From contig JBHGNT010000021.1 of NCBI GenBank assembly GCA_043228905.1, positions 3,534,001 through 3,598,000 on the forward strand: DNA of 64,000 nt, in the 5' to 3' direction. Numbering within the stretch: the stretch's first letter is position 1; each line of letters starts with the position of its first letter. The position numbers and the translations under genes are program-made. The DNA comes from Azolla caroliniana (lineage: Eukaryota; Plantae; Polypodiophyta). Below the pieces are notes generated by a model. That model was given only the letters and a program-made list of their open reading frames with translations. It made no database searches and was not told the origin of the DNA. Below, piece by piece: positions 12,253 through 22,600 of the stretch.

Positions 12253-13098
12253 TGTCGTGACGAATTTCGGCCAGAGGCGGAAACCGGGAAATATTGGCTA
12301 CATCGACGGGGTGCAGCATGTGCGATCGCCCTTGTACATTTAGTGTGAATAACGAGGGCGCCTTTATGGCGCCGAAGAGTAGACAAGTCGGGACAGAGAA
12401 TCCCATGTAGGTCGGGATGTATCCCACATTGTAACGCATCTCCCTCCTTGTTCTATAAAAGGAGGGGAGCGCCTCTTGTGAAGGGGTTGCCCATTTTTGC
12501 ATTCGTAGGGCATACCGTTAGAGGAAGAAACGTTCTCTCTTCCTCTTTCTTTCCTCTTGTTTACGATTTCGTTTCTTTTCTCTGCTTCTCCCTCTTCGTC
12601 GTTCTGAGTATCAAGCCTTGGCATCTCGTGTTCCTGTTTCCTGCCCGTTCTCTGTGCAAGACCCCACTGGGCACGACAAGCCCGAGAGCCCCCCCTCCCC
12701 CCCCCCCCCCCCCCCCCTTGACCAGCGGCTTGGCAGTAGACGACTGTTGTAACCTGAGCTACTCAGGTCGGGCTCGATACCAGTATTGTATCTTAGTCTT
12801 GTAATATATGCATGGAGGATCCTGCGCACCGGTGTTTGTGTGGGTGTTTTGGTGTTCTCTTACCTCCGCTTCTATACATAAGGGCGTGAGTTGGGTCGGC
12901 GTGGTGTGTGGGTGTGGGTGTGAGTCGGTGTCAAGCTCTCTCTCTCTCTCTCTCTCTCTCCTGTCCGGTTGCTTCCGGTGTGCTTCTAGGATGCCCCGGA
13001 AATAGTGAAGCACGACTTCCTAGGCTCCGTCACTCCCTAGTCCAAGACCCCCGTGGTCCCACCTGGAATTCTACACATACCCGCGTAACAACGCGACA
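12253..13098 (+). mobile_element. Solo LTR of the tRNA-Trp gypsy group inserted in C1 gag
   Basis: TGTCGTGA...CGCGACA ends, TSD ACGG (12249-12252, 13099-13102), TATAAAAGG, family U5 motif GTCCAAGACCCCCGTGGTCCC. Confidence 0.92.
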
Positions 13099-14299
13099 AC
13101 GGACTCCCGGTCCTTCCGGCGAGCTTCTTCATCTAGCAAGCTCGATTTTACCCTTGATAGGGACAACTATTTTCCTTCCGGCCCGGCATTGCCCAAAGTG
13201 ACAACTAGTGTCTCCCAACTATCTGGGAGGGAACTGTGCAGGAGCAATGCAAGTTCTTCGTCAGCTAAAGGTACTTCCAGCGAGGTTGTTTGGTATATGA
13301 GCCCCAAGAATACATTCATGTGCTCCGCCATTCCGGATCCGTCTTGGTACCAGAGTCTCACTAACTTCCAGAATACCGAAACCCGATTTATAGCGTTCTT
13401 GCTCTCCAACATGGTGCCGATTTTCTCCAAAGCACATGTGCCTTACTTTCTTCATTAAAGTTGTTCTACATGCTCATGTCGATGAAGCACCGAGTGTGTG
13501 TTGTCGTCTTCATATGCATCACATCCCACGTCGTGGCATCGATCTTGTCCGGCCTCTTGTCTCCAAACTGCACCGGCAACCAGAGAACTTTGACCACGAG
13601 CATGTCCCTCATCTTCGACTTCCACACTTGATAGTTGGAGCCGGTGAGCTTGAATATGCTTCCGAATGACTCTTCCATTTTCTTCAAGGTTTAGAACCTT
13701 CACTCTGATACCAGTTTGTGCGGAATGGGGCTCGGCCAGAACGGAGTCTTAAACACTCAATGGCCGAAAGCAAGAAATGAAAATAAGAATAATGCACTTA
13801 CATAGAATGAGACGACACTAGATGTTGATGTGGAAAACCCTAAATGGGGAAAACTTGTTGAGCGAGCAAGCTCAACCAGATCCGGATCGGCTGAATAAGC
13901 TAGAGCCGGATCGGTATCAGGAAACAACCGGCCGAATCGGGGAGACGGATTAGAGAGCCGGATTTGAGTGCGAACCGGAAGCCTAGTAGTATCCTAGACT
14001 ACTAGGTAATCATTGTCTCGTAGTTAGTGTCAGTTGCTCGTATGAGCATTGAAGTACATAATACTTCTGTCAGTCCTTTTGAGGACTTCTATAAATAGTG
14101 TTGTTTAGCACGATGTGTGTACAGAGTTAAAGAGTGGTTTTATTATTTTGAATCTATGTTTACGTTCTGCTCTCTCTATCTCTCCTTGTATACTCTCTGT
14201 GTATTAAGCTTCTCCATTAAACCTTCACCTTATTCTCTGTTGCAATCCGGTTGGGCCGGTTCTGTCTAATGCTTCCGCATGTTAACATTAACATGGTAT

Positions 14300-15042
14300 T
14301 GTTGAGAACTTGACGTTCCTTATGTCCAACGCTCGGCCACAACCGAGATTCTTTACATACACAGAAAAACAGGTAATTAAACGCGACACAAAAGAGGAGA
14401 AATGATACACAGGAGGTATACGTGGAAAACCCCAAAATAGGGGAAAAACCACGGCAGCCCACAAGCTGCAAACTGTCACTATGTAGGAATATACAACAGT
14501 GAGATCACTGAGGCAACGACCTCGTGCTCTCAGATCTTCGCCACAGGCGGCGGTTACAACAGAGGCAACGACCTCGTCTCTCTCTCTCTCTCTCTGTGTG
14601 CACAGTTACGTGCTCTGATTTCTTCTTGCACTAACAAGAATGAATAATCACACAAAAACGACAACACACTACAAAATTGCCCTAAGTCATATTTATACTA
14701 ATATGACTTTTCGGCTATTTACAAATGTAGCCTCGATGGGCTCCATCCGACTCTCCGTAGTCGGGTACTCCCCATCCAGCTCTCCGCAGTTGGGTACTCC
14801 TCATCCGACTCTCCGCAGTCGGGTAATCCCCATCCGGTTCATACCGGGCCTACACCATCCGACTCTCCGCAGTCGGGTACTCCTCATCCGGTTCATACCG
14901 GGCCTACACCATCCGACTCTCCGCAGTCGGGTACTCCTCATCCGGTTCATACCGGTTCGGCCTCGGCCTGTTGGCCTCGGCCGAGTTTGTTCGTCGGCAC
15001 TGTTCTTCTACCTTCCCATCCGGAGGGACCTGTTTCCCAACA
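14300..15042 (-). mobile_element. Copia solo LTR (C1-related family) inserted into the PBS of C2
   Basis: TG...CA ends, TSD GGTAT (14295-14299, 15043-15047), terminus similar to 2780-2810. Confidence 0.92.
14742..14955. repeat. Tandem hairpin repeats in U3 of the solo LTR
   Basis: CCGACT-CTCCGC-AGTCGG about 5 times and CCGGT-TCAT-ACCGG 3 times, with 29/54-bp periods. Confidence 0.9.
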
Positions 15043-15252
15043 GGTATCAGAGCGTGAGGGTTGAGAACCTCTGCAGCCGATACTTGCTTTTGTAGACGAA
15101 CCCTAGAACCCGGTAACAACAGACAAAGAAGCTCGATTGGAGCAACTACGCGTTGTCGTAGTGTATTTTGTACACTACGTGAAAAACGTATATAGTATTA
15201 GATTCAATAAAAAATGAAGAAATAGAAGAAAATAGCAAAAATAAATGGAACA

Positions 15253-15322
15253 TGCATAGGGCAAGATTCGAACCTTGCACCTCCATGTTAATAATGTAAT
15301 GTCTTACCATTACACTAGCATT
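15253..15322 (-). promoter_or_regulatory. tRNA-like Pol III A/B-box cassette in N1 LTR (second copy 18041-18110)
   Basis: Minus strand has TAGTGTAATGGTAAG (A box) and GCAAG-GTTCGAAT-CTTGC (B box in a T-arm-like stem). Confidence 0.6.
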
Positions 15323-15898
15323 TCATTAGTGTTAAAGCATAGATGTCCCACATAGAAAGGTAAATTCACGCTAGGATAAACATTAGAAAAACGCATAACA
15401 AAAGAAAAAGCTACACATACACATCTAGCGTGCATGATAAAAAACGCACAAGTTAGAAAAAAAGCATGATCACTTTAGATAAAGCATATAGTCTATCTAT
15501 AGGAAAAGCATGGGGTCTATAGTTAGAGAAAAAGCATGGATTACTAAGACTTCCTCATCACTACATAAGGATGGGGAGCACAATGTAATTATGTGTGAAA
15601 TACTTGGAAACTGGATATGTTTCTAAAAAACATCAATTAATAAACTATACTCGTGGGATTCACGAGGATTCTATATCATTCTCTTTCAACCCAAATTTAT
15701 ATTCTTATATTCATATTGATTAATCAAATACAATACACTCGTGGGATTCACGAGTTTGCTATAACTCTTTCTTACAACATATTTATATTCTTATTAGCCT
15801 TAAAACTCTCCTCTTCCTAGTCCAAAACCTCGGCGGTTCCCACCCGACTCACGCAACGATCCGGAGCCGAAAGGCACGACACAGTTGGTGAACCCGAC

Positions 15899-17941
15899 GT
15901 GAAGGCGGGTGGCAAGGAGATGGAGAATCAACAAGAGGCGATGAACATGATGATGATGATGTTCGAGATAATGCTACAAGAACAACGCGAGATGTCGGAG
16001 ATCACGACAGTAGTACAACGGCTCGTGCAACGGAACGGGCAATTTGATGGAAAGGATGTGTCACGCTATCTACGTGACTACAAGGCAGAGATGATACGAT
16101 GTGGGATACCGGAAGGATTGCAAGTGATATCCTTTAGTCGGGTGGCCTCGGACGAACTACAAGAGAGAATCCACAAGATACAACAACAAAACTCGACATG
16201 GGAGTCCTTTGAAGAAGCTTTACGGGAGGCATATGACTATGAGAGATGGACGGGACGAGATCGACGAGAATTCGACGAATGGGTGGCGTCGGAGAAGACT
16301 CACCGAAGTGCAACGCAAGCGTTCCTAGAGTTCGAGCATCGTTTTGCTCGACTCTCGGAGCGGGAACGAAGATTGGTGGGAGGAGATAAAGTCTTAATGT
16401 TCGTAAGATCGATCGATCGGAAAGAAAGGATAGACATTGGGATCGAACTCGAAGATGATGACGGTGCGAACGGCCTTACCGAGGATTGGGCTAAAGTCGA
16501 AAGGGTATGCCGAAGACATGATGAAAGGAAGCTGAGAATCTCGTCAACAACGACATGGCCCATGAAGGATGGTCGATTGAGGAAAAACGATGAAGCCAAT
16601 ATGAAGGCCGAAATACAACATGATGGTACCACGGGAGAAAGAGTGGAACAAGACACCCACTCGTCTTGTGAAAGAACGATGGCGAAGGATAAGGCCGATA
16701 ATTCAAGTGTAGAAGGAAATTTCGGGATACAAGTGCCCGAGACATCGGGTCAAAAAGGGGTAAGCATAATAGATGTTTGCATAATTGATGCAGATAAAGA
16801 GTGTGAAGCGGATGTGATTAAGGAGGTAGCCACAAAAGACGAAATCGAATCGGAGGTGGCTATGGACGAATCAATGGCGGATTGCCATATCGAGACTTCC
16901 CCACCACTGATTCCAGAGACTCCGGCGGTTGCGATCGAAAGGCAACGTGAGACCGAAGAGACGGAAGGTGGCGGAGAGAAAACGAATGTCGAAGCCGACG
17001 AATACGATGAAGAGATAGCCGAGAAGAATGCTAAGGGTGAAACTACGAAAGAAGGTAATACCGAGGATTCATGCCAACAATATCTAGAGACTTCGGCGGT
17101 TGTGTCCGAGAACCAACGTGAGACCGGAGAGACGGGAGATGGCGGCGAGGAAGGTAAAGTCGGAAGTCGGTTCGGATGGAAAATGATCCATCCGAAATTC
17201 CAATCTAAAAGAAAGTGCGACAATGCGGAGGTCGGGTCTACGACGGGAGAAGCGCGTAATACAGAGCACGCTCTACGGCGAATAAAGAAACGCGTGTTAT
17301 GGCGAATAAAGAAGCACGCGCTACGGCGAGAAAAGAAGCATGCATTACAACCACACGAGGACCGAACAACGAGCACATATCGGAGGACCTACGTAGCGAA
17401 CAACGGAAAGAAGTGCCGAAAGTCGAACCGGACAAGGCAGGTGAAAACGAAGAAAAGAAAGCAAATCCGGACGAAAAGAAAAGAAAAGAAACCGACCCGA
17501 AAGAGCACTGAATCGGTAAAAACCGATCAACCGAGTCCGGATCGACCGAATACAAATCGGAAAGGAAGCCGAACTAAACGAAAGACGATCCGACGAGACC
17601 GAATCGGAAGTAAGCTAATCCGACTAAACCGAAAATCCGAAAAGAAGTCGAGATTGATGAAGAAAAGAAAGAGGGCAAGAAAAGATACTACCGCGGATGA
17701 CAAGGATCAAGCGGGCCATGCAAAAAGCGAACGAAGACTATGGTGGATCGGATGTCGACAATGGTTCGGGTGGAAAGAATGGATGTGCTCCAAATGGAGA
17801 GACAAAGTCAACATAACAAGAGAAGTCGAGAGTACTACGAGCCGGCAACGAAACCAATCGGGTAGAGACCGGACGGAGGAGACTAACAAACACCAACAAC
17901 TTCGGCACATACCGGAGGATGTGCGGGTTTGGAGGGGGTGA
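15899..17941 (+). CDS. Gag capsid-like domain with acidic repeats, Lys/Arg tract and Trp-rich motif (first ATG at 15920)
   Basis: N-terminal ~200 aa align by eye with A2 Gag (GQFDGKDVSRYL, TWESFEEAL, VLMFVRSID, GLTEDWAKV). Frame is uninterrupted. Confidence 0.88.
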   Translation: MKAGGKEMENQQEAMNMMMMMFEIMLQEQREMSEITTVVQRLVQRNGQFDGKDVSRYLRDYKAEMIRCGIPEGLQVISFSRVASDELQERIHKIQQQNSTWESFEEALREAYDYERWTGRDRREFDEWVASEKTHRSATQAFLEFEHRFARLSERERRLVGGDKVLMFVRSIDRKERIDIGIELEDDDGANGLTEDWAKVERVCRRHDERKLRISSTTTWPMKDGRLRKNDEANMKAEIQHDGTTGERVEQDTHSSCERTMAKDKADNSSVEGNFGIQVPETSGQKGVSIIDVCIIDADKECEADVIKEVATKDEIESEVAMDESMADCHIETSPPLIPETPAVAIERQRETEETEGGGEKTNVEADEYDEEIAEKNAKGETTKEGNTEDSCQQYLETSAVVSENQRETGETGDGGEEGKVGSRFGWKMIHPKFQSKRKCDNAEVGSTTGEARNTEHALRRIKKRVLWRIKKHALRREKKHALQPHEDRTTSTYRRTYVANNGKKCRKSNRTRQVKTKKRKQIRTKRKEKKPTRKSTESVKTDQPSPDRPNTNRKGSRTKRKTIRRDRIGSKLIRLNRKSEKKSRLMKKRKRARKDTTADDKDQAGHAKSERRLWWIGCRQWFGWKEWMCSKWRDKVNITREVESTTSRQRNQSGRDRTEETNKHQQLRHIPEDVRVWRG

Positions 17942-18961
17942 GTGTCGTAGTGTATTTTGTACACTACGTGAAAAACGTATATAGTATTAGATTCAATAAA
18001 AAATGAAGAAATAGAAGAAAATAGCAAAATAAATGGAACATGCATAGGGCAAGATTCGAACCTTGCACCTCCATGTTAATAATGTAATGTCTTACCATTA
18101 CACTAGCATTTCATTAGTGTTAAAGCATAGATGTCCCACATAGAAAGGTAAATTCACGCTAGGATAAACATTAGAAAAACGCATAACAAAAGAAAAAGCT
18201 ACACATACACATCTAGCGTGCATGATAAAAAACGCACAAGTTAGAAAAAAAGCATGATCACTTTAGATAAAGCATATAGTCTATCTATAGGAAAAGCATG
18301 GGGTCTATAGTTAGAGAAAAAGCATGGATTACTAAGACTTCCTCATCACTACATAAGGATGGGGAGCACAATGTAATTATGTGTGAAATACTTGGAAACT
18401 GGATATGTTTCTAAAAAACATCAATTAATAAACTATACTCGTGGGATTCACGAGGATTCTATATCATTCTCTTTCAACCCAAATTTATATTCTTATATTC
18501 ATATTGATTAATCAAATACAATACACTCGTGGGATTCACGAGTTTGCTATAACTCTTTCTTACAACATATTTATATTCTTATTAGCCTTAAAACTCTCCT
18601 CTTCCTAGTCCAAAACCTCGGCGGTTCCCACCCGACTCACGCAACGATCCGGAGCCGAAAGGCACGACAGCGTCCTGGTCATACAAGATGCACAAGTACC
18701 GTATGGGGCATGGATATTTGAGCTTCGTGGAACGAAGGAACGAGGTAGCGCCGGAGGCGGCACACGAGGACTTTCCGGTATGGGAGCAAGGAGCGAGCCG
18801 AGTATTGTACTGCCTTGCGTCCTATGTGCATGACCTGATGCTCGGCTACATAAAGGATGCAAAAACGCCAAAGGACACCTGGGGAAATCTGAGGAAGATT
18901 TTCGCCGTGAGTACCACATCTCGTAAGTTGCAACTCCGACAAGAGCTAAACAACATCCGGT

Positions 18962-19575
18962 TGTCATGAGGATTTTTGGCTATGGAGATGTGAAAATTGC
19001 ACATGCACTTAATAAATTTATAAATAGGAATAAGGAAAACAATGTATAAGGAAAGGGTAAAATATAAGGTGCCAAAAGTGCACTACGAAGTTCGTGAAGT
19101 ACAAATGTGATGTGCACTTAGGTGCACATGCACATGTAGACAAAGGGGGAGTGCATAGGAGTATAGGTGTAATAAGTAGAGGGCATGGTGGTGTGTATGA
19201 AAATGAGAGGAGAGGGAGTTAAGACATCATCAATCTCTCCTCCTAAGATCAAGACAAATATTCCCCTTTGAAAATAGTGGAATATTTGGCCTCTCCTTTT
19301 GTAATGAGCCTCACCCCTTTCTACTATAAAAGGGGGTTGAGGGGTCACCATTGAAAGGGTCGTCATTTTTGTTGTTAGAGGTAGACCGTCAGGGTATTTC
19401 TTCTTCATCTTATCCCTCTATACTCTAAAATGGGATTGAGTCATATGTGGATAAACTTTATTGCAACTCATGGGAAGAACATTTGGTTCTACCATGCACC
19501 ATATTCATGAAATATTGTGAGTGCCAACTCTTGTTCAACATGCAAGTGTCAATTCTTTAAGGTGGTATCTAGACC
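18962..19575 (+). mobile_element. Old LTR with PBS(Met)-like sequence, inserted in C2 gag
   Basis: Abrupt TGTCATG start that ends the C2 gag, TATAAAAGGGGG near 19325, TGGTATCTAGACC at 19563-19575; 3' terminus degenerate. Confidence 0.55.
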
Positions 19576-19684
19576 GATAATGCTAAAGTCAAGGCATGCA
19601 ATAATAGCCTAAGAGATTCCATGAAGAATGAGGAATTCGTTAAAGTGAGATAAAAACCCACAAAAAAATGCCGATGTACTACGT

Positions 19685-22600
19685 TGTCGTGAAGATTTTC
19701 GTCCATAGGCGGAAAACCGAGCGAAGTAAGCAAACCCGCGATGTGCAACGTTGCACATCAAGATGTTGTATTTCAATTTGTCGATAGTGATAAGTGTGGT
19801 GCTAGAAATGCACCTTAGGATTTGTAAAGTGTAAAGGTGATGTGCTTTTTCGCGCACATCCACGTGAGAGAGAGAGATAGGTACATAGTAGTTCGTGTAG
19901 AGGTGGGAGTTAAGACCCATCCTTCCCTCCTCCCCTAAAATCAAGGGAAATATCCCCATTGATTGAAAGGGGATATTTTGTAGCACCCTTTTTGAAAACG
20001 GTCTTCTCTCCTTGTGCTATAAAAGGAGAGGAAGAGCACCATTGTGGGGGTTGCCTTATTTTTGAGTGCGAAAGGTATACCACATAGGACGAGCGTTAGG
20101 ATTAGGGTTTCTTTTCTTCTTCGTCGTATTAGGGTTTCGGGTTTATCATAGTCGTTTGGTGCGGCCTACGCGGCCGCCATTTTGTAATCGGTTTTCGGTT
20201 CTAATATATCTTGTTGAGCATTTGGCCTCCATCTTCCTCTTGTTCATTCTTTCTCTTCTTGTGCTAAGCTCCATTCCGAAGTCCTATCCCTTCTCCCCTT
20301 CTCCTTAGTCCAAGACCCCCATGGTTCCGCCCTTCTCCACGCACTTGCGAAATATCTCGACATCTTTGGTGAACCCGACGTGAAGGGCGGCAAGGGAGAA
20401 AGAGATGGAAGAAGGCTTCGACTTCGAGGAGATGATGACAAAGATCTTGATGGACGTCGGACGGAAGAGGGCGAGGCGAGAGGCGGCTCAACAAGCGGTC
20501 GAAAGGGTGGTCCGTCTAGTCGGCCGGTTCGATGGGAAGGAGGTCCCAAAAATTTTGAGGGCCTACGATGCGGAAATGACGGGGATGGGCGTGGACGAAG
20601 CGACGAGGCTAGAGTTCTTTCGTCGAGCGGCGGCCTCATCAAAGTACGAGGAGGTCAAGGAGCTCCAAGAAGCTCACGAATCATGGGAGTCCTTTGAAGG
20701 GGCTCTAATGGAGGCATACGGGTGCGCGGAATCGGAGGTAAGAGGTCGGCGAGAGTTCGATCGGTGGGTGGCGTCGGCGAGGCGCCATCGGAGCGCAATG
20801 GAGGCATTCCGAGAGTTCGAGCGTCGTTTCTCTCAACTCTCGGAGTGGGAACGAAGATCGGTGGGGGCGGACAAAGTCCTCCTATTTTTGAAGACGGCCA
20901 TCATGAGGAGAGGATGGACATCATGTTCGAGCTTCAAGACGATTATGGGGCGCATGGTCTCACCGAGGAGTGGCCCGAAGTGGAATGGGTGTGTCGGCAA
21001 CATGAGGCGAGGCGGTCGGCCACAACACGGCCCGCGAGCGGGGGAGAAGAGAGAGCGACGACCGACTACACCATGCCGCCGGACGAGAGCTCATCGCGAA
21101 CCGGTTTGGAGGGGCCCGACCTACAAGCGCTAATACGGGAGGCGTGCGGGCTCGTAATGGCGAAAATCGAAGCCGAAGAATGGCTTATTGCGGGATCGGG
21201 CCCGAGCGGATCGGAGGACGCGGAGGAAGGAGCTTCCTCACACGTGGAGGACGGGGCCTATGCGGAGGCCGAAAGAGAATGGTACATCGGTACCACGGGA
21301 GAGGGTGCGGAGCGAGCCGCCCTCTCGACATGGGGGAAAAGAACGACCGAGGACGAGGTCGGGGACGGTGAGGCGGCGATCGCCGATTCGAGCGGACATG
21401 GCGGATTCGGGACATGGTGGCCCGAATCATCGAGTACGGAGGAGACAAGCGGCGGTACCGCAACCTTCCACGCACCGGTTCAAGAGACCACGGCGGCCGG
21501 CCCGAGTGCCCGCGTAAGACCTATGGTGAAAGGCGGTGGCGGTGGCAAGGCGGGCGACCACGGCGTCGACACGAGAGAAGGTGCGGAGCAAGCGACCGTC
21601 TCATCTCGGGGAAAAAGAACGGCCATGGACGAGGCCGATATCTACGGAGCGATGGACGCCACTTCGAGAGTGGGCGGAAGTCTCGGGACGCGGTTGCCCG
21701 AAACGTTCTACGAGGTTTTCGCGAGCATACTCGAGGCTTGCGAAATGGAGGAGGAAGACGAAACGAGCGATGGTGTCGCGACCTTCCACACACCGGCCCT
21801 AGAGGCTTCGGCGGTCGGCCCGAGTGCCGGCACGAGACCTAGAGCTACGGACGGTGGCGACGGCAAGGCGGACAACCGAGATGACGCGGAGAACGGCGAA
21901 GAAGAGGTGGTGGCAAGCATACTAGAGGCTTACGGAATCGGAGATGGGGGAGCCGCGGACAACGACGTCCGAACGAAAGCGGCTACGGAGACAACAAGTG
22001 GCGGTGCCGGGTCCTTACCCACACCAATCCTAGAGGCTCCAATGGCCGGCCCGAGTGCCGGCATGAGGCTTAGCGCGACGGGAGGTGACGGCGGCAAGGC
22101 GGGCAACGAAAACGAGAAGGAAGATTGGAGCGGACGGAGGCAAGACCCCTTGACACCGGGGCCGGAGACTTCGGCGGTTGTGCTCGAATGCCAACGTGAG
22201 ACCGGAGAGATGGGCGGTGACCGTGAGGAGGTGAGGCCCGGAGAGAGCGCATACGAAGACGAGTATGCGGGGCCCGGAATGGGCGTATACGGTGGGTCCG
22301 ACGGAGAGGACCGGAGCGGAAACGAGGAGAGAGTCGGGAACCGACCCGACCGGAATACGGCACGGAAGAAGAAGAGAGTAAGGGCCGGCGAACCGGGCCC
22401 AAACCGAAGGAAGCCGGCGAGACCGATTGGCCGGTTACGGTTACGGTTACGGTTACGGTGGGAGCCGGTAAGCGCGAGATGGAGGCTAACCGGGCACGAC
22501 GACCATGGTTCGGGGGAAAAACGGAAACAAACGAGACCCTCCATACCCACTCTAGAGACTACGGTGGTTGCGGATCAACATAAGACCGGAGAAATGGCGG

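Larger units (their letters stand above)
8423..13687 (-). pseudogene. Copia gag-pol pseudogene of C1, interrupted by two solo LTRs
   Basis: Motifs KLTGSNYQVW (gag), LWHKRLCH and VHTDVC (GAG-pre/IN), QLDVKTTFLHG and LLYVDD (RT), HSRTKHI (RH); many stops and frameshifts. Confidence 0.9.
2303..13855 (-). mobile_element. Decayed Ty1/copia element C1: 3' LTR 2303-2810, PPT-like 2811-2822, PBS(iMet) 13703-13713, 5' LTR 13717-13855 (cut by C2)
   Basis: Both LTR ends read TGTGCGGAATGGGGCTCG on + and share downstream sequence. PBS is TGGTATCAGAG(T) on the minus strand. Fragments of gag, PR, IN, RT and RH lie in copia order. Confidence 0.88.
15154..18669 (+). mobile_element. Gag-only non-autonomous LTR retrotransposon N1
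   Basis: LTRs 15154-15881 and 17943-18669 (only a 1-nt A indel seen), TSD GCGT, Trp PBS 15886-15903, PPT 17931-17942, no pol. Confidence 0.95.
13856..18961 (+). mobile_element. Copia element C2, 5' part: LTR 13856-14293, split PBS(iMet), gag fragment ~15110-15153 plus 18674-18961
   Basis: TGTTG...AACA LTR followed by TGGTAT|CAGAGC. After removing N1 the gag reads KLDWSNYASWSYKMH...TSRKLQLRQEL. The remainder is not found. Confidence 0.85.

Noticed and set aside
18958-18985. LTR at 18962 as an eighth Trp-group insertion, which would break the RCGN rule (flank CGGT)
   Set aside because: Its start resembles the N2 LTR, but it is followed by a Met-type PBS-like sequence and lacks the U5 motif. 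The assignment is uncertain and it was not counted.
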